Assembly (NCBI GenBank): GCA_964514995.1
Contig: CAZETA010000002.1
Coordinates: 10,530 to 74,529 of the forward strand
Source: an uncultured Gammaproteobacteria bacterium
GTDB lineage: Bacteria; Patescibacteriota; Patescibacteriia; Magasanikbacterales; GWA2-37-8
Direction of reading: 5' to 3'
DNA: 64,000 nt
Under the pieces are notes generated by a model. It did no database searches. It was not told where the DNA came from and saw only the letters and a program-made list of their open reading frames with translations. Position numbers and translations under genes: made by a program. Positions 7,159 to 15,658 of this stretch are shown in pieces. Positions within the stretch are counted from its first letter, which is position 1, and each line of letters starts with the position of its first letter.

Positions 7159-9213
7159 ATGGAAGAAGACAATAATCTTAAAAAAGAATTTGGCAACTGG
7201 TTTTCAATTGAGGAGGCTTCGGACTACCTGGGCATGGGGAAAACCGTGTTATATACTCTTGCGCGCGAAGGGAAGATTCCTGCTAGTAAGGTTGGAAAAA
7301 AATGGTCCTTTGAGAAAGAGCAATTAAATACTTGGCTTCGTGCTAATCAACCGATGAATTCTTTTTTTACAAATTTGGACTATAAAATTGAGGACAATGA
7401 AGAGTTGCGCGACCCTCAACGTGAGGCCTATTTACGAGTTTATGACTTTTTTCAGTCAGGTAAAAATAAAGCAATACTGCAAATTCCGGTTGGGTGTGGT
7501 AAGTCAGGTTTAGCTTCTATTCTTCCTCTTGGTATCGCTAGAGGGCGCGTTTTAATTATTGCGCCAAATTTAACTATAAAGAAAAATCTTTATGATGCTA
7601 TGGATATAACAAATCGCCAAAAGTGTTTTTGGCGAAAAGCAAAAGTTTTAAGTAATGCACAAATGGTATCCGGCCCATTAGCCTGTACCCTAGAAACAGG
7701 TAATATTTCTGTGGCTGAAAAAGCACATATTGTTATTACAAATATACAGCAGCTTTCAACGAATGTAGATAAATGGTTAACCCAATTTCCAGACCGTTTT
7801 TTTGATATGATTATTATTGACGAGGCACATCACAGCGCAGCGGATAGTTGGAAAAAAGTACTGGATCGTTTCCCAGAGGCCAAAGTTATCCATATGACAG
7901 CTACGCCATTCCGTAGTGATCAGCAAGAAATAGATGGTGAACTCGTGTATCGCTATTCGTTTAAGAGTGCAACCCTTAAAGGATATATTAAAAGATTAAA
8001 GGCAAGTTATGTTGCGCCAAAAGAAATAGAGTTGTCCTTTACTGACGGTACGGGGAAAAGATATACACTTGAGGAAGTTCTTAAAATGAAAGAGGATGAT
8101 TGGTTTAGTAGAAATGTCGCACTGGCAAAACCTTGCAATCAGCACATTGTTGAGAGTAGTTTAGAAAAACTTGAGAATTTGCGACAGACGGGTACTCGCC
8201 ATCAGATAATTGCTGTAGCATGCAGTATAAATCATGCAAAAGATATTCGTGCTATTTATCGTGAGCGAGGATTTAATGCAGATATAATTCACAGTAAACA
8301 AGAGCAAAAGGAGCAAGAAGAGGTATTAAATAATCTTTATAACGGTACTTTAGATTGTATTATTCAGGTTCAAATGCTGGGCGAAGGCTTTGACCATCCT
8401 AAATTAAGTGTCGCAGCAATTTTCCGTCCTTTTCGTACTCTGGCACCCTATATTCAATTTGTAGGTCGGATCATGCGTGTAGTTGTACAGAATGATCCTG
8501 CTCATCCAGACAATTTAGGACATATTGTCACTCATCTTGGGATGAATCTTGACCAGCGTGTAAAAGAGTTTAAACAATTTGAAAATGACGACCAAGCTTT
8601 TTGGGAAAAAGTTGTTGGTGGTGCAGAACCAGAAGTTCCTCCGGCTGTACGTAATGGCTCAGGCCGACTCACCGTTTCTGAAAACGATGTTGTTGTTAAT
8701 GATGAAGTGGTAGATTCATTATGGGAAGAAGATTTTGCTGATATTGATGAGAAACACATTATTGACGATTTAAAAGACAGGTTAAAATTGTATGGGCTTG
8801 ATCCGGACAAAGCGGAAGAAATTATAAAAAGCGCAAAACGTGGCGGAATAACACGCAACGCGCCAACCGAAGCTTTTCCTGTTCAACCGCAAAAAGAATG
8901 GGAGGAATTAAAACGCCGTGTCAGTGATCAGAGTACTAGGATCGCAAAGATTCTATTAAATAATTTATCTCTAGATATAGGGGGGGCAGAGTTAGCATAT
9001 AAATACACTAGTCTTAAGGCTAGGGCCAAGAATAATTTAGTTTCCGCAATAATGCTAGTTAGTCATGAAATTAATTCACGTCTGGGCAAGGAAAGGTCAC
9101 AGTGTAGTAGTGAGGATTTTAAAAATATTTTGGAACCTAAAGTACTTGAGGATATTCTTCAAACTTTAGTCCGTCGTGTGCATAAAGCGAAAAGTGAATA
9201 TGAAAGAAAATAA
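7159..9213 (+). CDS. Excisionase-type HTH fused to SF2 DEAD/DEAH-box (ResIII-type) helicase with helicase C-terminal domain and a ~200-aa uncharacterised tail
   Basis: N-terminal HTH (NWFSIEEASDYLGMGKTVLYTLAREGKIPASKVGKKWSF); Walker A (PVGCGKSGLAS); DEAH (IIIDEAHHSAA); motif VI (QFVGRIMR). Confidence 0.8.
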   Translation: MEEDNNLKKEFGNWFSIEEASDYLGMGKTVLYTLAREGKIPASKVGKKWSFEKEQLNTWLRANQPMNSFFTNLDYKIEDNEELRDPQREAYLRVYDFFQSGKNKAILQIPVGCGKSGLASILPLGIARGRVLIIAPNLTIKKNLYDAMDITNRQKCFWRKAKVLSNAQMVSGPLACTLETGNISVAEKAHIVITNIQQLSTNVDKWLTQFPDRFFDMIIIDEAHHSAADSWKKVLDRFPEAKVIHMTATPFRSDQQEIDGELVYRYSFKSATLKGYIKRLKASYVAPKEIELSFTDGTGKRYTLEEVLKMKEDDWFSRNVALAKPCNQHIVESSLEKLENLRQTGTRHQIIAVACSINHAKDIRAIYRERGFNADIIHSKQEQKEQEEVLNNLYNGTLDCIIQVQMLGEGFDHPKLSVAAIFRPFRTLAPYIQFVGRIMRVVVQNDPAHPDNLGHIVTHLGMNLDQRVKEFKQFENDDQAFWEKVVGGAEPEVPPAVRNGSGRLTVSENDVVVNDEVVDSLWEEDFADIDEKHIIDDLKDRLKLYGLDPDKAEEIIKSAKRGGITRNAPTEAFPVQPQKEWEELKRRVSDQSTRIAKILLNNLSLDIGGAELAYKYTSLKARAKNNLVSAIMLVSHEINSRLGKERSQCSSEDFKNILEPKVLEDILQTLVRRVHKAKSEYERK

Positions 9214-9454
9214 ATCTCCCAGAGGAAAAACCCCTTCACTTATTGGTTCAGCTAACGGTAGGCCAAAAAGAATAATTGTCCAAAAAAAGAGTGAATGTAA
9301 GCGATGTCACTGTGATATTTTAGTTGGCCATGATTGTTTCGGTATTCCAAAAGCAACTTCTTCTTTTGGTAGTATCAGAAGATTTTGTAAGGAGTGTTTT
9401 TATAAAATTATCGAACAAACTCGCGTTGATTTAGAAGAGTTAAAGACTTTATAG
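9200..9454 (+). CDS. Small zinc-ribbon protein (CxxC...CxxC), overlapping helicase stop by 14 nt
   Basis: CKRCHC and CKEC pairs in a basic N-terminus; overlap with the helicase gene suggests translational coupling. Confidence 0.5.
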   Translation: MKENKSPRGKTPSLIGSANGRPKRIIVQKKSECKRCHCDILVGHDCFGIPKATSSFGSIRRFCKECFYKIIEQTRVDLEELKTL

Positions 9455-9465
9455 CCTTAAAAGGT

Positions 9466-9939
9466 TCATTTATTCCCAGCAATAAACTCATTCAGCCAAT
9501 GAGCGTCATCCTTAGCTAGTATCAAAAGCCCATCAGGATGATTAGACTCTTCTTTTCCATTTCTATCTTGTGAAGGTGAAGAAGTCCAAATACTCACTAT
9601 CCAAACACCGCACATGCTGGCTAGTATACCTTTTTCAATCTTAACATTTTGAATAGCTTTAATCATTATCGTGCGGGATTTTTTTAATATAATACCCCAG
9701 TTAACTTCTATTTTATTTTTATCTACCGTAAAAGTATTTGCCTTAGTGTCCAGTAATATCCAAATTGACATTGGTAGTACCAAAATTAAAACAGCCACCC
9801 AGAAGAAAGAAAACCAGACAGTAAAGCTCCATAAAAATATTAAAGGGGTAGATAGTAACAGGAGAGGCAGTACTAATTTTAGAATTTTATACCATCCAGC
9901 CTTAGCTGGTAACTTGTTAGTTTCTCCTACCTTGATCAT
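9466..9939 (-). CDS. bPH_2 (YdbT-like, DUF304) membrane-flanked PH-domain protein
   Basis: Two N-terminal TM helices followed by a PH-like domain; opposite strand to its neighbours. Confidence 0.5.
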   Translation of the reverse strand: MIKVGETNKLPAKAGWYKILKLVLPLLLLSTPLIFLWSFTVWFSFFWVAVLILVLPMSIWILLDTKANTFTVDKNKIEVNWGIILKKSRTIMIKAIQNVKIEKGILASMCGVWIVSIWTSSPSQDRNGKEESNHPDGLLILAKDDAHWLNEFIAGNK

Positions 9940-10248
9940 ATAACGTAAAGTTAAATAAATAATAAATTAAAAACAAAAACGGCCCCTTTATCCGGGCGGC
10001 AACCTTTCGGTCGCCCTATCACCTTTCGGTGAAAGACCACAAGTAGTACCCGGTCAAAAAGACCGTTTTCTACTTGTGGATTTGATGACCATGCCCTAGA
10101 TTTTATCTAGAGTTTAGGTCTAAATTGTCGTGATTATATTACCACGCCTTTTTAGCCTTTGCAATCTTGACTTTTAGCTATTATCCGTTCAAAATAAGCC
10201 ACATTCCTGGCCTTCCTATTATCGGTTAGTTTAACTATAAGAATACGT

Positions 10249-11202
10249 ATGGATAAAATTAACCTTCAAGAATATTACATTGAAGAACATGTTTACAAGG
10301 GCGATTACTACAACCCTAATTTTATAATTACTGTCGCCGTTGCAGAACTAAGTAAGCGCTTAGTGTATCTTTCCCGTAATGGTTATACCATAGGCAAATA
10401 TAAAAAAGCTGATCAGACACATAGAGAACCGCCTAAGTCCTTGTCCCAACTTGAATACACGACTAATTTCCACTTCTTAATAGCAATAAGAAAGAATTTT
10501 AGCATTGATAATAGCAAGACGAAACTTATCATTCTGAAATTACTTAACAAAAAAGGGTTTAAAAAGGAGATTGCAAACTTAAATCACCTTATCCATAGTG
10601 GAGAAAAATATTATCAAGAATTTAGAAAATTGGCATTTGAACTATTAAAATCTGACCTTAACCCGCGGGATAATAAAAATTTTGAAGCTATCAAAAAAGA
10701 TAGGGGTTTTAACAGTAAAGAGCTTGAAAAACAATTCTTATACAGTGTTTACATAGACCATCTAAAAAGAAAATTCAAAATACCAGATCAGTATAATTTT
10801 GTGCTAGAAACTATTATTGAAAAAGGATTTGATTACACAATTGATTTTATCGATACTCTTACTTTAAACAATTTAGCCTACTTGGATTACTATAATTGTA
10901 TCCCTTACTTTATACCATCACACAATTATCTTGGCTGTAAGTACGCTCAACAACCTGAGCATAAAAATATAATAAAATCTTTGCCAATAGTCTATTACTT
11001 TAGTCAAAAATATCTTAAAGATACGGTTACTGATCTTCCGGCTATTAATTATGAATCTTATTATTCTGTATACAGGCTAACAAAACAAAAACCCGGGTTA
11101 ACCGATAAAGAAATTGCCGAACAACTATTAGGGGCATGTGGAAAAAAGGAAGTTGATAGAATTAAGCAAACTAGAGCGCGTTTAAGACATCTTCTAGCAT
11201 AA
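10249..11202 (+). CDS. Hypothetical protein with a possible C-terminal HTH (element-associated)
   Basis: No recognised catalytic motif. The C-terminus 'LTDKEIAEQLLGACGKKEVDRIKQTRARLRHL' resembles a sigma-region-4/LuxR-type HTH. Confidence 0.45.
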   Translation: MDKINLQEYYIEEHVYKGDYYNPNFIITVAVAELSKRLVYLSRNGYTIGKYKKADQTHREPPKSLSQLEYTTNFHFLIAIRKNFSIDNSKTKLIILKLLNKKGFKKEIANLNHLIHSGEKYYQEFRKLAFELLKSDLNPRDNKNFEAIKKDRGFNSKELEKQFLYSVYIDHLKRKFKIPDQYNFVLETIIEKGFDYTIDFIDTLTLNNLAYLDYYNCIPYFIPSHNYLGCKYAQQPEHKNIIKSLPIVYYFSQKYLKDTVTDLPAINYESYYSVYRLTKQKPGLTDKEIAEQLLGACGKKEVDRIKQTRARLRHLLA

Positions 11203-11223
11203 AGTGACATTAAAATTTTTTAT

Positions 11224-11424
11224 TTGTCACCATTTTGGCTAACCATAGCCATTTTTTTGTGTTATGGTGGATCAATGCCACTTAAATTCAGCCCACAACT
11301 TATTGAACGCCTGCAGAGGCATTTTCGTGAGCGCTTTGATGTTGAGGTTAGTGACGAAAAGGCCGAAGAGTATCTGCATTCATTAGCAGAGTTGTTTGGG
11401 CTATTTACTGATTTGCCAGATTAG
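11224..11424 (+). CDS. Small hypothetical protein (likely start at ATG 11275)
   Basis: Short ORF immediately upstream of the primase gene with no motif; low support. Confidence 0.3.
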   Translation: MSPFWLTIAIFLCYGGSMPLKFSPQLIERLQRHFRERFDVEVSDEKAEEYLHSLAELFGLFTDLPD

Positions 11425-11433
11425 TGTTTTCAC

Positions 11434-13255
11434 GTGCCGCCTTTGGCGGCCGTGAAAATGCTATCAGTTATTTTAGATAAAATTATATTACAGTATATGG
11501 AAGATATAAATCCTTGTTACCAAGCCGCATTAGCTTATTTAGCTAAGGGTTTTTCAGTTATTCCCATTATGAGAGGCGATAAAAAGCCATGTATTAAATG
11601 GCAGTTATTTCAAAAACAATTGCCTAGTATTGATGAAGTAAATAATTGGTTTAAAACTTTTCCTGATGCGCAAGTAGGTATTGTTACTGGCAAAATCTCT
11701 AACCTTATTGTTATTGATATAGATAAAAAAACTGGCGGGTTAGAATCCGTCAAGAATATTCATTTACCAGTTACCGCTATTGTTGAAACTGGTGGGGGGT
11801 GGTTTCCATTATTACTATCGTCTTCTTTCTGGGGTAGAAATAAAAAATTCAGCTGGTCAGATTGCTCCTGGTATAGATATTCGGGCCGAAGGCGGCTATG
11901 TAGTTGCTCCTCCCTCTATCCATTCGTCAGGTAATCTTTATCAATGGGTAAGCTCTTTAGAAGAGCAAGAAATTGCTTTGTGCCCAGATTGGTTACTCAA
12001 AGAAAATACTAAACAATATAAAAATAAGCTTAATACAGCAGAATTACCAAATTTAATTATTAGTGAAGGCAGCAGAAACAATGATCTGGCCCGTTGGGCT
12101 GGTTTGGTTTTAAGTAAGTTAGAAAGAGATGACTATGAATTAATCGGGTGGCCCTGGTTGCAAAATTTAAATGAAAAACAAGTTAGACCTCCATTATTAG
12201 AAAAAGAACTTCGGACTATCTTTGATAGCATAAAAAGATCAGAAACCTCTAAATTAAATAATAGCTCTGATACGCCTGTAAATATTGCGCCGGTATTATG
12301 GCAAGAATTTAATAAATTAGAATTCCCGCCTGAACGATGGCGAATTAACAGTCTTATCCCCTTACAGGGAGTGGTAATCATTGCCTCTCCATCTGGTGAA
12401 AAGAAAACATGGCTAGCTATGGAAATGGCCAAATCTATTTCTCTTGGTGAAAACTTTCTTTTATACCCTGATTTTGAAACAAAAAAATCCAATGTCCTAT
12501 ATATTGATATGGAAATGTCACAAGATGAACTACAGCGTCGGGGACGACTGCTTGGCTTTAATTTATCAAAAGATAATATTTGGCTGTTAAAAAGTGATAG
12601 TTTTAATCTTAATAATGACCAGGTGGCCAAACAATTATTTGAGTTTATCCAAGAAAAAAGTATTGAGGTTATTTTTGTTGATACGCTCCGAGCCGTAGCT
12701 GGTGGCATGCCTGAGGAAAAAGCTGAAGAAGTGCGTAAGTTTTTTAATCGTTTAATGCCTTTAAAAAACAAAGGGGTTGTGGCTATATTTCTTGATCATT
12801 GTCGTAAGCCATTGCCCCATGAAGGTAAGGTGCCTAAAAAGGAGCAACTATTTGCTAGCCAGGATAAGGTTGCGTCTGTTGAGGCGCTTATGATGATTCG
12901 TAGCGAAGGCAGAAGTAATATTATTAGAGTCTATAACGTCAAAAATCGTATAGGTAAAGAGTTTGCCCCTTTTAGTATTCTTATTGAAGACCAAGGAGAT
13001 AGAACTACTCTATCATTTGGTGAAATAATACAAGAGAAAGAAACTAAAAAAATAGATGAGGCGAAAGGGTTAATTATATTTAATCTTAAGGAAGGTCCGA
13101 AAACACGTCAGGAGATTTTGGCTATCGGCGATGCTCAAGATATTAAATCACGTAATATGTCAGACGCATTACGTCAGTTAGAGAAAGATAAAATAATTCT
13201 TGCCAAGAAAGTCGGTAAGGAAAACCAGTATTTTTTGCCAATAGACGAGCCATAA
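11434..13255 (+). pseudogene. Prim-Pol (bifunctional primase-polymerase) plus P-loop (AAA_25/RepA-like) primase-helicase, split by a 1-nt frameshift in a G6 tract
   Basis: Prim-Pol motifs IDIDKK and (T)GGGG-FHYYY are split across two frames at the G6 run 11794-11799. The downstream P-loop region reads IIASPSGEKKTWLAMEMA and VLYIDMEMS. Confidence 0.7.
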
Positions 13256-13388
13256 AGATGGTTGCCACGATTGGTTTATCAATCGTGGCAAAGTGGCAAG
13301 GTATATATACTATAATGATTTTTGCCACGGTCACTTTACAGTTTTATGTAGAAACAGTAGGGTAAGGGTATTCTAAGGCTCATAAAAT

Positions 13389-14858
13389 ATGAAATACATC
13401 GCTTATTGTCGTAAATCTACGGAATCTGAGGATAGGCAGGTTTTATCTATAGAATCACAAGCAAATGAAATGTATAAGAGTGCTGAACGTAATAATGTTG
13501 TGTTAGATAAAATTTTTACCGAAAGTATGTCGGCCAAAGCCCCGGGCCGCCCTGTATTTAAAGAAGTGATGGCCTATATTGAAAAAAATGGTCCTTGTAT
13601 TCTGTATGTTTGGAAATTAGATCGTCTGGCCCGGAATGCTTTTGAAGCCGGTCAGATTTCGTGGTTCATGGATAGGAAATTAATTATTGAAATTCGTACG
13701 TTTGAAAAAGTATATAAAAATATTTCTGACGATAAATTTTTCATGAGTTTGGATTTTGGTATTGCGAAAAAATATGTTGATGATTTAAGTACTAATGTAA
13801 AGCGGGGGATACGAACAAAAATAGAAAAGGGCGGTTGGCCGAGTAAAGCTCCATTTGGATATGTAAACGATAGAGGGAATAAAGTTATTTTTCCTGATTT
13901 AGTAATGGCGCCCCTTATTACGGAGATGTTTAATTTATATTCTAGCGGTGGTTGCAGTATTAAAGACCTGGTAAATATCATGTACGAAAAGGGCTTGCGT
14001 ACATTGAAGGGCTATAAGGCCAGTAAAAGCGTTTTACATCGTACTCTTACCAATCCAGTGTATTGCGGATTTATTAGGAAAGATAATAAGCTTTTTGTTG
14101 GCAATCATGTGGCGATTATTTCTAAAGATATTTTTGATAATGTCCAAGATATAATTAATGGAAAAAACAAAAGTAGAAAGCAAGTCTATAGTTTTCCGCA
14201 TCGGGGATATATGCGATGCCATGTTTGTGGATGTGCCTTAACTGGCTCACTTAAAAAGGGTCATGTGTATTACTACTGCACAAACGGCAAAGGTATTTGC
14301 CAAGAACAAAAGAAAGGGTATTTACGCTCTGAAGTAGTAGATGGCTTAATGGCTGATATTTTTGGAAGGATTGAATTTGATGAGGAAACCATTGAAATAA
14401 TGTACCTGGCTAAAAAGGAAGAAATGGCTTATGACAAGAATTATGCTGTAACTGCCATACAGAATCTTACTAAACAGGCTTCTCTGGCCCGTGAGAAGCA
14501 GGGTAAGCTGGTAGATAGTTATTTGGCTGGTAATATTCCTGAAGACCTTTATAACGCAAAAATACAGGCTCTTAATAATGAGGTGGTTGCTGCAGAGTCA
14601 CAACTCAAGAAATTACAGCAAAAGCATATTAATATTGAATCTACTTTGGAACTCACTAGAAAGAAGTTTTTATCCGCTTCTGTAGCCAAAAAAGAATTTC
14701 TTGAGCAAGATAATATAAAAAAGCGTAAAGTGCTTGGAAATGTACTTTGGAACCTCACTATTGAAAATAAGGATTTGGCTTCATATAAACTAAAAGACCC
14801 CTACCAAAGGATGGCGGAGGTCTCCAAAAACTGCACTTTTGCCGAATTGTCGGGGTAG
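13389..14858 (+). CDS. Large serine recombinase (integrase)
   Basis: N-terminal resolvase catalytic motif (YCRKSTESEDRQ...SIESQ), recombinase domain, Cys-rich zinc ribbon (CHVCGCAL...YYYCTNGKGIC) and a C-terminal coiled coil. The TAG stop overlaps the tRNA-Pro 3' end. Confidence 0.85.
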   Translation: MKYIAYCRKSTESEDRQVLSIESQANEMYKSAERNNVVLDKIFTESMSAKAPGRPVFKEVMAYIEKNGPCILYVWKLDRLARNAFEAGQISWFMDRKLIIEIRTFEKVYKNISDDKFFMSLDFGIAKKYVDDLSTNVKRGIRTKIEKGGWPSKAPFGYVNDRGNKVIFPDLVMAPLITEMFNLYSSGGCSIKDLVNIMYEKGLRTLKGYKASKSVLHRTLTNPVYCGFIRKDNKLFVGNHVAIISKDIFDNVQDIINGKNKSRKQVYSFPHRGYMRCHVCGCALTGSLKKGHVYYYCTNGKGICQEQKKGYLRSEVVDGLMADIFGRIEFDEETIEIMYLAKKEEMAYDKNYAVTAIQNLTKQASLAREKQGKLVDSYLAGNIPEDLYNAKIQALNNEVVAAESQLKKLQQKHINIESTLELTRKKFLSASVAKKEFLEQDNIKKRKVLGNVLWNLTIENKDLASYKLKDPYQRMAEVSKNCTFAELSG

Positions 14859-14923
14859 TGGGACTTGAACCCACAATCCCCTGGTCCCAAACCAGGTGCT
14901 CTAGCCAATTGAGCCATACCCCG
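14851..14923 (-). tRNA. tRNA-Pro (anticodon TGG)
   Basis: Cloverleaf by eye: acceptor CGGGGTA/TACCCCG, anticodon stem CCTGG/CCAGG with loop TTTGGGA, T-arm GGGTTCAAGTCCC. Confidence 0.85.
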
Positions 14924-14972
14924 TATTTTGTTTGTGGCACGCTTAGCGTGCCAGCCACAACGCTCAGCGTTG

Positions 14973-15044
14973 TGCCGCGGGTCAGAATTGAACTGACGAC
15001 GCCAGCCTCTTCAGGGCTGCGCTCTACCACTGAGCTACCACGGC
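14973..15044 (-). tRNA. tRNA-Phe (anticodon GAA)
   Basis: Acceptor GCCGTGG/CCGCGGC, D-arm TAGCTCAGTGGTAGAGC, anticodon loop CTGAAGA, T-arm GTCAGTTCAATTCTGAC. Confidence 0.85.
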
Positions 15045-15049
15045 GTTTG

Positions 15050-15123
15050 TGGACCCTATCGGGCTCGAACCGATCACCCCCGCGTTGCAAACGCGGTGCT
15101 CTACCAAATGAGCTAAGGGCCCT
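15050..15123 (-). tRNA. tRNA-Ala (anticodon TGC), with G3:U70
   Basis: Acceptor GGGCCCT/AGGGTCC includes the G3-U70 identity pair; anticodon loop TTTGCAA; T-arm ATCGGTTCGAGCCCGAT. Confidence 0.85.
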
Positions 15124-15267
15124 TAAAAAAGTAAGCATATTCTAGCAATAATTAACATAAACGTCAACTGGTGCTATAGTAATATAAGTTGCTTATATAC
15201 ATCCAAGCTTTATTATGGCGACAAAGCGTTTAGTGTCTTATAATAATATTAAATAATTTTTTAGATT

Positions 15268-15600
15268 ATGCCAAATGAAACAAGATCAAGCTCAGAATTT
15301 AATAGGCTCGAAATATCTCAAAAATTAGCAGAAGTTTTTTCAGAAAAAGAAAACGTTTCCGAGGAAGAAATTGCATCTATAAAACAACGGTTATCACCTG
15401 AAGATGGGGTGACGTTTGATTCTTTAACGCCCGAAGAAAAATTGTATATATACCTTTTGGATAAGTGTAATTTGACTGATGATGAATTGAATTTCATTGT
15501 AAATCATACAATGCCGGCCCTAGATGCTCATGATTTGAATAATCACGCGTTTGCATATAGGGCCTTAAGGCCCAGGTTAAAACCACAAACAGCTAGTTAA
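15268..15600 (+). CDS. Hypothetical acidic protein
   Basis: ORF only; no motif. Confidence 0.35.
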   Translation: MPNETRSSSEFNRLEISQKLAEVFSEKENVSEEEIASIKQRLSPEDGVTFDSLTPEEKLYIYLLDKCNLTDDELNFIVNHTMPALDAHDLNNHAFAYRALRPRLKPQTAS

Positions 15601-15620
15601 TTTTTAAATTTTGACAAATA

Positions 15621-15650
15621 AAATAGACAGTTCTTGGCTGTCTATTTTTA
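15621..15650. terminator. Bidirectional rho-independent terminator (ATAGACAG-ttcttgg-CTGTCTAT, A-run/T-run flanks)
   Basis: Perfect 8-bp stem between the convergent 15268-15600 (+) ORF and recA (-). Confidence 0.55.
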
Positions 15651-15658
15651 ATATAGTA

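Larger units (their letters stand above)
6300..14858. mobile_element. Putative integrated mobile element (serine integrase + Prim-Pol primase-helicase + cargo) abutting tRNA-Pro; left boundary uncertain
   Basis: Integrase directly overlaps the tRNA 3' end. The interval also holds a replication module, an HTH regulator-like protein, a helicase/ZnR cargo and the foreign GC island, with ordinary host genes on both sides. Confidence 0.45.

Noticed and set aside
14758-15145. ORFs 14758-15138 (-) and 14858-15145 (+) from the six-frame track
   Set aside because: They lie entirely over the three tRNA genes; these are spurious open frames.
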